DNA of 58,895 nt, counting the filler. It is 7 parts of 7 records of this genome, joined end to end, with 100 filler letters (N's around TTAATTAATTAA, not from the genome) between each part and the next. Parts side by side here need not be neighbours in the genome. Positions count along the whole stretch, not along the records: positions 1 to 9,152 come from DRR723986_6558; 6 more parts are not named here. The stretch is one strand, 5' to 3'. Of this stretch, positions 1 through 9,252 are shown piece by piece (the first letter of the stretch is position 1; every line of letters begins with the position of its first letter). The translations under genes and the position numbers were made by a program. The notes beneath the pieces are model-generated. The model searched no databases. It was not told the origin of the DNA and worked only from the letters and a program-made list of their open reading frames with translations.

Positions 1-1
1 C

Positions 2-2584
2 GGGTTCTACTACAAGACCTTCATGTGGCCCGCCGCCTTCTGGGAAAAGCTCTACGAGCCGATGATCCGCCGCGCGGCGGGGCTGGGCAGCCTCAGCCTG
101 AAGGACGATCCCGACAGCTACGACAAGGGCTTCCTGCACTGCGACCTGCTGATCGTCGGCGCCGGTCCCGCCGGTCTGGCCGCCGCGTTGACAGCGGGCA
201 GTGCCGGGCTGCGGGTGATCCTCGCCGACGAGGATTTCGCCATGGGCGGGCGCCTGAACGCCGAGACATTCGCCTTGGGCGATCAGGCCGGGCACGCTTG
301 GGCCGCCGAGACGGTGGCGCATCTGAACGCCATGCCAAACGTCCGGGTGATGGCGCGCACCACGGTGCAGGGCGCCTTCGACCACGGCATCTACGGCGCG
401 GTCGAGCGGGTCAGCGACCACCTCGCGGAGCCTCAGGCGGGCAAGCCCCGGCAGATCCTCTGGCGCATCTACGCCAAGCGTTGCCTGCTGACGGCGGGCG
501 CGATCGAGCGGCCCATCGCCTTCGAGAACAACGACCGCCCCGGCATCATGCTGGCGGGCGCGCTGCGTGCCTACGTCAACCGCTGGGCCGCCGCGCCCGC
601 GCGCCGGGTGGCGATCTTCACCAACAACGACGACGGCCACCGCACGGCGCTGGACCTGAAGGCCAAAGGCGTCGAGATCGCCGCGGTGATCGACACCCGG
701 CCCGGTCAGGGCCATGCCGACTACGAGGTGCTGCACGGCGAGATCACGAACACCGCAGGCCGTCGCGGGTTGACCGGCGTCACCGTGCGGCTTTACGGCG
801 GCGGCACGCGGCAGATCGACTGCGGCGCGCTGGGGGTTTCGGGCGGGTGGAACCCGAACCTTGGGCTGACCTGCCACCAGCGCGGGCGGCCGTCGTGGGA
901 TGAAGGCATCGCCGCCTTCGTGCCCGGCGACACCCTGCCCGGCGGCATGAGCGTCGCGGGCGCGGCGCGCGGGCTCTTCTCGACGCATGGCGCGCTGACC
1001 TCTGGCGCCGAGGCGGCGGCGCGCATCGCGTCCGACCTCGGGCATGACGCCACCGCCCCCGATCTGCCGCAGGCCGAGGACGCGCCGGTGAACATCACCG
1101 CCTTCTGGCACGTCGGCGACGCCAAGCGCGCATGGATCGACCAGCAGAACGACGTGACCGCCAAGGACGTGAAGCTGGCGCATCAGGAGAACTTCGTCTC
1201 CGTCGAGCACCTGAAGCGCTACACGACTCTGGGCATGGCCACCGATCAGGGCAAGACCTCGAACATGGGCGGCCTCGCGATCATGGCCGAGATCGCCGGG
1301 AAGGGCATCTCGCAGGTCGGCACCACGATCTACCGCCCGCCCTTCACGCCCATCGCCATGGGCACGCTGGCGGGCCGGTCGCGCGGCAAGGACTTCCGCC
1401 CGGTGCGCAAGACCCCCAGCCACGTCTACGCCGAGGAACAGGGCGCGGTCTTCGTCGAGGTCGGCAACTGGCTGCGCGCGCAGTGGTTCCCCCGCGAGGG
1501 CGAGACCGAGTGGCGCCAGAGCGTCGACCGCGAGGTGCTTCAGACCCGCAAGTCGGTGGGCCTCTGCGACGTCACCACGCTGGGCAAGATCGACGTGCAG
1601 GGCGCGGATGCGGCGGAGTTCCTGAACCGCATCTACTGCAACGCCTTCGCCAAGCTGGCCGTGGGGCGCACCCGCTACGGGCTGATGCTGCGCGAGGACG
1701 GGATCGCCATGGACGACGGCACCGCCGCGCGTCTGGCCGAGGACCACTTCGTCGTCACCACCACCACCGCCAATGCGGTGAGCGTCTATCGCCACATGGA
1801 ATTCGTGCGCCAGTGCCTGTTCCCGGACTTGGACGTGCAGCTGATTTCCACCACGGAAGCCTGGGCGCAGTTCTCGGTCGCCGGACCGAACGCCCGCAAG
1901 CTCCTGCAAAAGCTCGTGGACCCCGAGTTCGACATCTCGAACGAGGGCTTTCCCTTCATGGCCTGCGGAGAGATCACCGTCTGCGGCGGGCTGCGGGCAC
2001 GGCTCTTCCGGATCTCCTTCTCGGGCGAACTGGCCTATGAGATCGCGGTGCCGACCCGCTACGGCGACGCGCTGATCCGCCGCCTGATGCGCGAGGGGCA
2101 GGAGTTCGACGCGGTCCTCTACGGCACCGAGGCGCTTGGCGTCATGCGGATCGAAAAGGGTCACGCGGCGGGCAACGAGTTGAACGGCACCACCACCGCG
2201 CTGAACCTCGGCATGGGGCGCATGGTCTCCGAGAAGCAGGATTCGATCGGCGCGGTGCTGTCGCGCCGTGAGGGGCTGAATCAAGAGGACGCGCTGAAAC
2301 TGGTGGGCTTCAAGCCGGTCGATCCGTCCAGGAAGGTCCCCGCCGGGTCGCACCTGATGACGCGCGGCACGCCCGTCGATGCGGCGCACGATCAGGGCTA
2401 TGTCACCTCGGCCTGCTACTCGCCCAACCTCGGGCATCACATCGCCATCGGCTACCTCAAGTCCGGCGACACGCGGCTGGGCGAGATCGTCCGGCTGGTC
2501 TCTCCGCTGACCGGTCTCGATCATGAGGTCGAGGTTGTCAGCGCCCATTTCGTCGATCCCGAAGGAGAGCGTCTTCGTGCATGA
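2..2584 (+). CDS. soxA: Sarcosine oxidase subunit alpha family (probably N-methylglutamate dehydrogenase MgdC-like), 5'-truncated by window edge
   Basis: GFYYKTFMWP, Rossmann IVGAGPAGL, HLKRYTTLGMATDQGK, C-terminal GcvT-like folate-binding domain; frame open from base 2. Confidence 0.93.
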   Translation, partial: GFYYKTFMWPAAFWEKLYEPMIRRAAGLGSLSLKDDPDSYDKGFLHCDLLIVGAGPAGLAAALTAGSAGLRVILADEDFAMGGRLNAETFALGDQAGHAWAAETVAHLNAMPNVRVMARTTVQGAFDHGIYGAVERVSDHLAEPQAGKPRQILWRIYAKRCLLTAGAIERPIAFENNDRPGIMLAGALRAYVNRWAAAPARRVAIFTNNDDGHRTALDLKAKGVEIAAVIDTRPGQGHADYEVLHGEITNTAGRRGLTGVTVRLYGGGTRQIDCGALGVSGGWNPNLGLTCHQRGRPSWDEGIAAFVPGDTLPGGMSVAGAARGLFSTHGALTSGAEAAARIASDLGHDATAPDLPQAEDAPVNITAFWHVGDAKRAWIDQQNDVTAKDVKLAHQENFVSVEHLKRYTTLGMATDQGKTSNMGGLAIMAEIAGKGISQVGTTIYRPPFTPIAMGTLAGRSRGKDFRPVRKTPSHVYAEEQGAVFVEVGNWLRAQWFPREGETEWRQSVDREVLQTRKSVGLCDVTTLGKIDVQGADAAEFLNRIYCNAFAKLAVGRTRYGLMLREDGIAMDDGTAARLAEDHFVVTTTTANAVSVYRHMEFVRQCLFPDLDVQLISTTEAWAQFSVAGPNARKLLQKLVDPEFDISNEGFPFMACGEITVCGGLRARLFRISFSGELAYEIAVPTRYGDALIRRLMREGQEFDAVLYGTEALGVMRIEKGHAAGNELNGTTTALNLGMGRMVSEKQDSIGAVLSRREGLNQEDALKLVGFKPVDPSRKVPAGSHLMTRGTPVDAAHDQGYVTSACYSPNLGHHIAIGYLKSGDTRLGEIVRLVSPLTGLDHEVEVVSAHFVDPEGERLRA

Positions 2585-3128
2585 CCTCATCGCCATCACG
2601 CCGCTGGGCGGGCACGAGCCGCGCCGCGACCACCACCACGGCCACGACCTGATCGAGGTCACCGACGTGGCGCTGGCCTCCGTCGCCGCCCGTCTGGGAC
2701 AGAAGGCCGCGACCGCCGCGCTGGTGGCCGAGGTGACGGGGGCCGAGGCCCCTGCCCCGGGCCGCGCCACAGGGACCGCTTTCTGGATGGGACCGGATCA
2801 GTGGATGGTCGAGGCGCCCTTCGCCACGCAGGAGGATCTTGCCCAAGAGATCGCCGCCAAGGCCCGGGGCGTGGCCAGCGTGACCGAGCAGACCGACGCA
2901 TGGTGCCGCTTCGACCTGAAGGGCGACCGGCTGTGGGACGTGCTGGAACGGCTCTGCAATGCCGACGTGCGGCGGTTCACCGGCGGCGAGGCGGTCCGCA
3001 CCGCCATCGAGCATCTGGGCTGCTTCCTCCTCGTCCGGGCGCCGGGCCATGTCTCTGTGCTCGGGCCGCGCTCTTCGGCGGGTTCGCTGCATCACGCCCT
3101 GCTGACGGCCATGCGCTCGGCGCTGTGA
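2577..3128 (+). CDS. soxG: Sarcosine oxidase subunit gamma family (MgdD-like)
   Basis: GTG start after AGGAG, overlapping the soxA stop; WMGPDQW, VTEQTDAW, GPRSSAGSL motifs. Confidence 0.88.
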   Translation: MHDLIAITPLGGHEPRRDHHHGHDLIEVTDVALASVAARLGQKAATAALVAEVTGAEAPAPGRATGTAFWMGPDQWMVEAPFATQEDLAQEIAAKARGVASVTEQTDAWCRFDLKGDRLWDVLERLCNADVRRFTGGEAVRTAIEHLGCFLLVRAPGHVSVLGPRSSAGSLHHALLTAMRSAL

Positions 3129-3212
3129 AGCACCCCGGCCTCGGCATGAGACGCCCACCCCCCGCGGCGCATCGGTGCCGCGGGCGGGATGGGATCGTCG
3201 GGCTGTCCCCGG

Positions 3213-4202
3213 TCAGACCGAGGGCACGGGCCGGTTCTCGCGCACGCGGTTGAGGTTGATCCGGCGCCTGTCCTCGCGGGGAGGCAGGCCGAAGGCTTCG
3301 GTATAATGGCGGTTGAAGACCTTGACCGAGGCATAGCCCACCGCAGCCGCGGTCTGGGCCAGAGTGTCGTTGGAATACATCACGATCTGCCGCGCCGCCT
3401 TCATCCGCAAGTGCCGGAAATAGCCGGTGGGGTTCTGCCCCGTGGCCTTCTTGAAGCTGCGTTCGAGGTGGCGCGGCGTGATCTCCAGCGCAAGGGCCAC
3501 CTCGGCCACCGACGGCGGGTCTTCGAGGTTGCGCGACACGAGGTCGATGGCCCGGGCGACCAGCGGCGGCACCTCCGTCGCGCGGTCGCCGCCCGTGACC
3601 GGCACCACCTGCGCCACGCCCGCCTTGCGGACCATCGGGTGCTGGAACCAGCAGGCGACCTCCGTCGCGACCTCGGCGCCCAAGACCGTCTCGACCAGCG
3701 TCAGCGCCAGATCGAAGGCCGCCGCCGCGCCGGAGGCGGTGACGCAGCGCGGCGTGATCTCGATCACCTGACCCGAGGCGGCGACATCCGGGAATTCGGC
3801 GCGGAAGGCGGCCTCGTAGCACCAGTGGACAGAGACGGGCAGGCCGTGGACGGCGCCGCTGCGCATCAGGGGAAAGACGCCGCCGCTGATCGCGCCCAGC
3901 ACCGTGCCGTGCCGCGCCGCCCGGCGCAGAACGGCGGGCGCGGCGGGATCGGCAAAGCCGCTGGAGGGCGCCGAAAGCAGCAGCAGGTAATCGCAGGCCG
4001 CAGCGTCGAGCCGGCGGGTCGCCTCGAAGGCGATGCCGGCGCTGGACATGACCCGGGGGTCGCCGTCCGTCACCAGGTCCCAGGCAAAGGCCGTCCTGCC
4101 CGAGATTTCATTCGCAGCGCGCAGGGGTTCGATCACCGAGGTCAGGCAGGACATCGGGAAGCCCGGGAAGATGAAGAAACCGATCCTGAGCGTCTCGCCC
4201 AT
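3213..4202 (-). CDS. GlxA-family AraC transcriptional regulator (DJ-1/PfpI + AraC HTH)
   Basis: IEPLRAANE, SVHWCYEAAF, C-terminal AraC signature (RHLERSFK ... FNRHYTEAFGLPP). Confidence 0.9.
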   Translation of the reverse strand: MGETLRIGFFIFPGFPMSCLTSVIEPLRAANEISGRTAFAWDLVTDGDPRVMSSAGIAFEATRRLDAAACDYLLLLSAPSSGFADPAAPAVLRRAARHGTVLGAISGGVFPLMRSGAVHGLPVSVHWCYEAAFRAEFPDVAASGQVIEITPRCVTASGAAAAFDLALTLVETVLGAEVATEVACWFQHPMVRKAGVAQVVPVTGGDRATEVPPLVARAIDLVSRNLEDPPSVAEVALALEITPRHLERSFKKATGQNPTGYFRHLRMKAARQIVMYSNDTLAQTAAAVGYASVKVFNRHYTEAFGLPPREDRRRINLNRVRENRPVPSV

Positions 4203-4237
4203 CCTGCAGATCCTCGCATTGCGGCTGCCGGGAAGCT

Positions 4238-4272
4238 TCTCCTGTCAGGAATATTTTTGCAATATGATGAAA
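4238..4272. promoter_or_regulatory. Tandem imperfect 6-3-6 palindromes, putative operator
   Basis: TCTCCT-gtc-AGGAAT (4238-4252) and TGCAAT-atg-ATGAAA (4258-4272); the same layout recurs at 5293-5327. Confidence 0.5.
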
Positions 4273-4343
4273 CGCCGCCTAGACTGCAGGCGAGGAACTG
4301 GTTTTCGCGCGCGATCCTGACTAAAAGCCCGGGGAGCCGAGAG

Positions 4344-4991
4344 ATGAACATTCGGAAAGCCGCGCATTTGGGCAAGCTGACGCAGGATCCCCACAAGCCT
4401 CATGAAGAGCGCGAAAAGGTGCTCGAGGTGGCCATCGGCCGCGAGGTCCGCGCCTTCCGCAAGAAGCAGAACATCACCGTGGCGGAACTTTCGGCGCTGA
4501 CCAACCTGTCGATCGGGATGCTCTCGAAGATCGAGAACGGCAACACCTCGCCCTCGCTGACGACCCTTCAGGCGCTGGCCCATGCGCTGTCCGTTCCGCT
4601 GACCGCCTTCTTCAGGCAGTACGAAGAGCACCGCGAGGCGGTCCACACCAAGGCCGGACAAGGATTGGAGATCGAGCGGGCGGGCACGCGCGCGGGCCAT
4701 CAGTACAACCTTCTGGGCCACATCGGCGCAAACAACAGCGGCGTGATCGTGGAGCCCTACCTGATCGTGCTCGACAACGAATCCGACACCTTCAAGACCT
4801 TCCAGCACGACGGGATCGAGACGATCTACATGCTGGAGGGCATCGTCGGCTACCGCCACGGCTCGGCCACCTACCGGCTGGAACCCGGCGACACGCTGTT
4901 CTTCGATGCCGATGCGCCGCATGGGCCCGAAGAGCTGATCCGCTTCCCCATCCGCTACCTCTCGATCATCAGCTACCCGCAACGCAGCTGA
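4344..4991 (+). CDS. XRE-family HTH + cupin transcriptional regulator
   Basis: ATG 4344; GMLSKIENGNTSPSLTTL HTH; cupin FQHDGIE...FDADAPHGP. Confidence 0.9.
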   Translation: MNIRKAAHLGKLTQDPHKPHEEREKVLEVAIGREVRAFRKKQNITVAELSALTNLSIGMLSKIENGNTSPSLTTLQALAHALSVPLTAFFRQYEEHREAVHTKAGQGLEIERAGTRAGHQYNLLGHIGANNSGVIVEPYLIVLDNESDTFKTFQHDGIETIYMLEGIVGYRHGSATYRLEPGDTLFFDADAPHGPEELIRFPIRYLSIISYPQRS

Positions 4992-4996
4992 CAGCC

Positions 4997-5021
4997 GCCG
5001 GTTTCTTGGAAAGAAACCGGC
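4997..5021. terminator. 11-bp hairpin immediately after the XRE stop
   Basis: GCCGGTTTCTT-gga-AAGAAACCGGC; no clear U-tract. Confidence 0.45.
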
Positions 5022-5292
5022 CCGGAAACTTTGGAAGTTTCCGGGTCCCGCGTCGGCGCCGAGGTCGGGGCAAGCGTCCGGGCTGGTGGGCTGCTCATCG
5101 ACGCATTGGTTCAGGGTGTCGGGGGCGGCGGCGATGATCTCGTAGCAGGTCGCGACCGCCTTGCGCCGGTGGTCCATGGCGGAGTCCTGGTCGCGGGGGG
5201 CTGTCGGAGGGAACGGTTGTGTCATGTCTCCTCGCCATTGCCGAACCGGTGCCTGCCGGCGGTTTCGACAGGCAGAAGCCCTGCACCAGAAA

Positions 5293-5327
5293 TTGCCTTA
5301 CAGGAAACTTTGTTCACTATCATTGCA
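5293..5327. promoter_or_regulatory. Tandem imperfect 6-3-6 palindromes upstream of glxB, putative operator/promoter
   Basis: TTGCCT-tac-AGGAAA (5293-5307) and TTCACT-atc-ATTGCA (5313-5327); TATCAT -10-like hexamer inside the second box. Confidence 0.5.
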
Positions 5328-5398
5328 GCACATGAGACCGGGTGGTAGCGTTCCAACAGATGCCCGCGGGCAGAATCAAACGAGTGGAGCAGACGCGA

Positions 5399-6295
5399 AT
5401 GTGCGGGATTGTCGGACTTTTTCTGAAGGACAAGGCGCTGGAACCGCAGCTTGGCGCCCTTCTGACGGATATGTTGATCACCATGACGGACCGGGGTCCG
5501 GACAGCGCCGGGATCGCCCTCTACGGCGGAAAGTCCGAGGGTCGGTCCAAGCTGACGGTGCAATCCGACACCGCCGACGCGCAATTCGGCGATCTTGCCC
5601 AAAAATTGGGCGCTGCCATCGGCGCCGAGGTCGGGCTGACGCGCAAGGATAGCCACGCGGTGCTCGACCTGCCCGCCGACAGGCTGGCCGACGCCCGCGC
5701 CGCGCTGGCCGAGGTCGCGCCGGGCGTGCGCGTCATGTCTTCGGGCGAGACGCTGGAGATCTACAAGGAGGTCGGCCTGCCCAAGGACGTGGCCGCCCGC
5801 TTCGGGCTGTCGACCATGCGGGGCACGCATGGCATCGGCCACACCCGCATGGCGACCGAATCCGCCGTCACCACCATGGGCGCGCATCCCTTCAACACCG
5901 GCCCGGACCAGTGCCTCGTGCACAATGGCTCGCTGTCGAACCACAACGCGCTGCGCCGCCGGTTGCGCCGCGACGGCGTCCACATCGAGACCGAGAACGA
6001 CACCGAGGTCGGCGCCGCCTACCTGACGTGGAAGATGCAACAGGGCGCGACGCTGGGCGAGGCGCTGGAAAACGCGCTGCAGGATCTCGACGGCTTCTAC
6101 ACCTTCGTGGTGGGGACCGAGGATGGCTTTGGCGTGGTGCGCGATCCCATCGCCTGCAAGCCCGCCGTCATGGCCGAGACCGATCAGTATGTCGCCTTCG
6201 GCAGCGAATACCGCGCGCTGGTGAACCTGCCGGGCATCGAGGATGCCCGCGTGTGGGAGCCCGAACCCGCAACCGTCTACTTCTGGAAGCACTGA
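5399..6295 (+). CDS. glxB: Class II glutamine amidotransferase; N-methylglutamate synthase subunit A (MgsA)
   Basis: N-terminal MCGIVG nucleophile, RGPDSAG, GHTRMATES, HNG, NDTEV. Confidence 0.92.
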   Translation: MCGIVGLFLKDKALEPQLGALLTDMLITMTDRGPDSAGIALYGGKSEGRSKLTVQSDTADAQFGDLAQKLGAAIGAEVGLTRKDSHAVLDLPADRLADARAALAEVAPGVRVMSSGETLEIYKEVGLPKDVAARFGLSTMRGTHGIGHTRMATESAVTTMGAHPFNTGPDQCLVHNGSLSNHNALRRRLRRDGVHIETENDTEVGAAYLTWKMQQGATLGEALENALQDLDGFYTFVVGTEDGFGVVRDPIACKPAVMAETDQYVAFGSEYRALVNLPGIEDARVWEPEPATVYFWKH

Positions 6296-6299
6296 GACC

Positions 6300-6977
6300 A
6301 TGCAGACATTCGACCTTGCAGCCGAGGGGCTGCGCACGCTGAACGAGACGCTGCACGCGCAGGCCGGACGCACCAACCAGACCGTCTGGGAGATCGTGAA
6401 CCCGCGCGGCAGTCATGCGGTGGCTGTCGGGCTCGACGCGCCCATCGAGGTCCGCGTGAAGGGCTCTACCGGCTATTATACCGCCGGGATGAACAAGCAG
6501 GCGACCGTGCATGTGCAGGGCTCTGCCGGGCCGGGCGTGGCCGAGAACATGATGTCGGGCACCGTCGTCGTCGAGGGCGACGCCAGCCAGTACGCCGGCG
6601 CCACGGGCCACGGCGGCACGCTCGTCATCAAGGGCAATGCCTCGTCGCGCTGCGGCATCTCGATGAAGGGCATCGACATCATCGTGCATGGCAACATCGG
6701 GCATATGTCGGCCTTCATGGCGCAGTCCGGCAATCTCGTGGTCTGCGGCGATGCGGGCGACGCGCTGGGGGATTCGCTCTACGAGGCGAAAATCTTCGTG
6801 CGCGGTTCGGTGAAATCGCTGGGCGCCGACTGCATCGAGAAGGAGATGCGGCCCGAGCATCTGGACCTGCTCGCCGGACTGCTGGAGCGCGGCGGCTGCG
6901 ATGCCAAACCCGAAGAGTTCAAGCGCTACGGCTCGGCCCGCCAGCTTTACAACTTCAAGCCCGACAACGCCTACTGA
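6300..6977 (+). CDS. glxC: GXGXG-domain protein; N-methylglutamate synthase subunit B (MgsB)
   Basis: Repeated beta-helix motifs (GSAGPGVAENMMSG, GDAGDALGDSLYE); position between glxB and glxD. Confidence 0.9.
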   Translation: MQTFDLAAEGLRTLNETLHAQAGRTNQTVWEIVNPRGSHAVAVGLDAPIEVRVKGSTGYYTAGMNKQATVHVQGSAGPGVAENMMSGTVVVEGDASQYAGATGHGGTLVIKGNASSRCGISMKGIDIIVHGNIGHMSAFMAQSGNLVVCGDAGDALGDSLYEAKIFVRGSVKSLGADCIEKEMRPEHLDLLAGLLERGGCDAKPEEFKRYGSARQLYNFKPDNAY

Positions 6978-6989
6978 AGGGGCCACGCC

Positions 6990-8333
6990 ATGAAAGACGA
7001 TTCACGACCCGCCCCGCGCACCACGCCGATCCAGTCGGCGACCTTCTCGAACCCCGTGAATGCCGAGATCCGGCGCGCGGCGGCCACGGGCATCTACGAC
7101 ATCCGGGGGGGCGGGGCGAAGCGCAAGCTGCCGCATTTCGATGACCTGCTGTTCCTCGGCGCCTCGATCTCGCGCTATCCGCTCGAAGGCTACCGCGAGC
7201 GCTGCGACACCTCGGTGACGCTGGGCACGCGCTTCGCCAAGAAGCCGATCCAGCTGGATATTCCGGTGACCATCGCGGGCATGTCCTTCGGCGCGCTGTC
7301 CGGCCCGGCGAAAGAGGCGCTGGGGCGCGGCGCCACGCTGGCGGGCACCTCGACCACCACCGGCGACGGCGGCATGACCCCCGAAGAGCGCGGCCATTCC
7401 AAGACGCTGGTCTATCAGTACCTGCCCTCGCGCTACGGCATGAACCCCGACGATCTGCGCCGCGCCGACGCCATCGAGATCGTCGTGGGCCAGGGCGCCA
7501 AGCCCGGCGGCGGCGGGATGCTGCTGGGGCAGAAGATCTCCGACCGCGTGGCCGAGATGCGCAACCTGCCCAAGGGGATCGACCAGCGCTCGGCCTGCCG
7601 CCACCCGGACTGGACCGGCCCCGACGATCTGGAGATCAAGATCCTCGAACTGCGCGAGATCACCGGCTGGCGGGTGCCGATCTACATCAAGATCGGCGGC
7701 GCGCGGCCCTATTTCGACACCACGCTGGCGGTCAAGGCGGGCGCGGATGTGGTGGTGCTGGACGGGATGCAGGGCGGTACGGCCGCCACGCAGGACGTCT
7801 TCATCGAGCACGTCGGCCAGCCGATCCTCGCCTGCATCCGCGAGGCGGTGCGCGCGCTTCAGGACCTCGGCATGCACCGCGAGGTGCAGCTTGTGGTCTC
7901 GGGCGGGATCCGCACCGGCGCGGATGTGGCCAAGTGCATGGCGCTTGGCGCCGACGCGGTGGCCATCGGCACGGCGGCTCTGATCGCGCTTGGCGACAAC
8001 GATCCCAAGTGGGAGGCCGAGTACCAGAAGCTGGGCACCACCGCCGGCGCCTATGACGACTGGCACGAGGGCCGCGACCCGGCGGGCATCACCACGCAGG
8101 ACCCCGAGCTGATGGCGCGCTTCGATCCGATCGAGGGCGGGCGGCGGCTGAACAACTACCTCAAGGTGATGACGCTGGAGGCCCAGACCATCGCGCGCGC
8201 CTGCGGCAAGAGCCACCTGCACAACCTCGAGCCCGAGGATCTTTGTGCCCTGACGCTGGAGGCGGCGGCCATGGCCAGGATCCCGCTTGCCGGCACCGAC
8301 TGGTACCCCGGCAAGCCCGGCTCCGGCTACTGA
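6990..8333 (+). CDS. glxD: FMN-binding glutamate synthase family; N-methylglutamate synthase subunit C (MgsC)
   Basis: AGMSFGALS, TGDGGM, GQGAKPGGGG, SGGIRTGADVAK. Confidence 0.92.
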   Translation: MKDDSRPAPRTTPIQSATFSNPVNAEIRRAAATGIYDIRGGGAKRKLPHFDDLLFLGASISRYPLEGYRERCDTSVTLGTRFAKKPIQLDIPVTIAGMSFGALSGPAKEALGRGATLAGTSTTTGDGGMTPEERGHSKTLVYQYLPSRYGMNPDDLRRADAIEIVVGQGAKPGGGGMLLGQKISDRVAEMRNLPKGIDQRSACRHPDWTGPDDLEIKILELREITGWRVPIYIKIGGARPYFDTTLAVKAGADVVVLDGMQGGTAATQDVFIEHVGQPILACIREAVRALQDLGMHREVQLVVSGGIRTGADVAKCMALGADAVAIGTAALIALGDNDPKWEAEYQKLGTTAGAYDDWHEGRDPAGITTQDPELMARFDPIEGGRRLNNYLKVMTLEAQTIARACGKSHLHNLEPEDLCALTLEAAAMARIPLAGTDWYPGKPGSGY

Positions 8334-8344
8334 CCAGACCACGG

Positions 8345-8374
8345 ACGGCGCGGCCTTTGACAGGGCCGCGCCGT
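8345..8374 (+). terminator. GC-rich hairpin between glxD and glnT (terminator or mRNA stability element)
   Basis: ACGGCGCGGCC-N8-GGCCGCGCCGT followed by TT. Confidence 0.45.
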
Positions 8375-8417
8375 TTCCACGAAGAAGAAACGAAAAGACA
8401 ACAGGGAACCTTCGGAC

Positions 8418-9152
8418 ATGACCATCGACCTGGCCGCCTACGCCAAGGACAAGGGCGTCAAGTATTTCATGATCTCCTACACCGACCTCTTCGGCGGACA
8501 GCGCGCCAAGCTGGTCCCGGCGCAGGCCATCGCCGGGATGCAAGAGGAAGGCGCCGGTTTCGCGGGCTTCGCCACATGGCTCGACCTGACGCCCGCGCAT
8601 CCCGACATGCTGGCGGTGCCCGACCCGGCTTCGGTGATCCAGCTGCCGTGGAAGCCCGAGGTCGCCTGGGTCGCCAGCAACTGCGTGATGGAGGGTCAGG
8701 ACGTGGCGCAGGCCCCGCGCAACGTGCTGCGCCGCCTGATCGGCGAGGCTGCCGCCGAGGGGCTGCACGTGAAGACCGGCATCGAGGCGGAGTTCTTCCT
8801 GCTGACCCCCGAAGGCGACCAGATCTCGGACCCTTTCGACACCGCCGAAAAGCCCTGCTACGACCAGCAGGCCGTCATGCGCCGCTACGAGGTGGTCCGC
8901 GAGATCTGCGACTACATGCTCGATCTCGGCTGGGGCCCCTACCAGAACGACCACGAGGACGCCAACGGCCAGTTCGAGATGAACTGGGAATACGACGACG
9001 CGCTCCGGACCGCCGACAAGCACTCCTTCTTCAAGTTCATGGCCAAGTCGGTCGCCGAAAAGCACGGCTTCCGCGCCACCTTCATGCCCAAGCCCATCGA
9101 GGGCCTGACGGGCAACGGCTGCCACGCGCATATCTCGGTCTGGGACGCGCCC
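8418..9152 (+). CDS. glnT: Type III glutamate-ammonia ligase family; gamma-glutamylmethylamide synthetase (GmaS), 3'-truncated
   Basis: RAKLVP, GAGFAGFA, YQNDHEDANGQFEMNW, ATFMPKP, GNGCHAHISVW. Confidence 0.92.
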
Positions 9153-9252
9153 NNNNNNNNNNNNNNNNNNNNNNNNNNNNNNNNNNNNNNNNNNNNTTAA
9201 TTAATTAANNNNNNNNNNNNNNNNNNNNNNNNNNNNNNNNNNNNNNNNNNNN
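9153..9252. other. Artificial contig spacer
   Basis: 44 N + TTAATTAATTAA (stops in all six frames) + 44 N. Confidence 0.99.

Noticed and set aside
3189-4991. Apparent long fusion ORFs (600-aa XRE; likewise 10429-11853, 13015-14847, 16461-18323, 57696-58889)
   Set aside because: N-terminal extensions overlap other genes; internal starts, most with clear RBSs, give normal-sized proteins
7002-9131. Long antisense/alternate-frame ORFs (709 aa here; also 40865-43423, 20076-22088, 18366-20099)
   Set aside because: Shadow ORFs of real genes in high-GC DNA with no recognisable motifs
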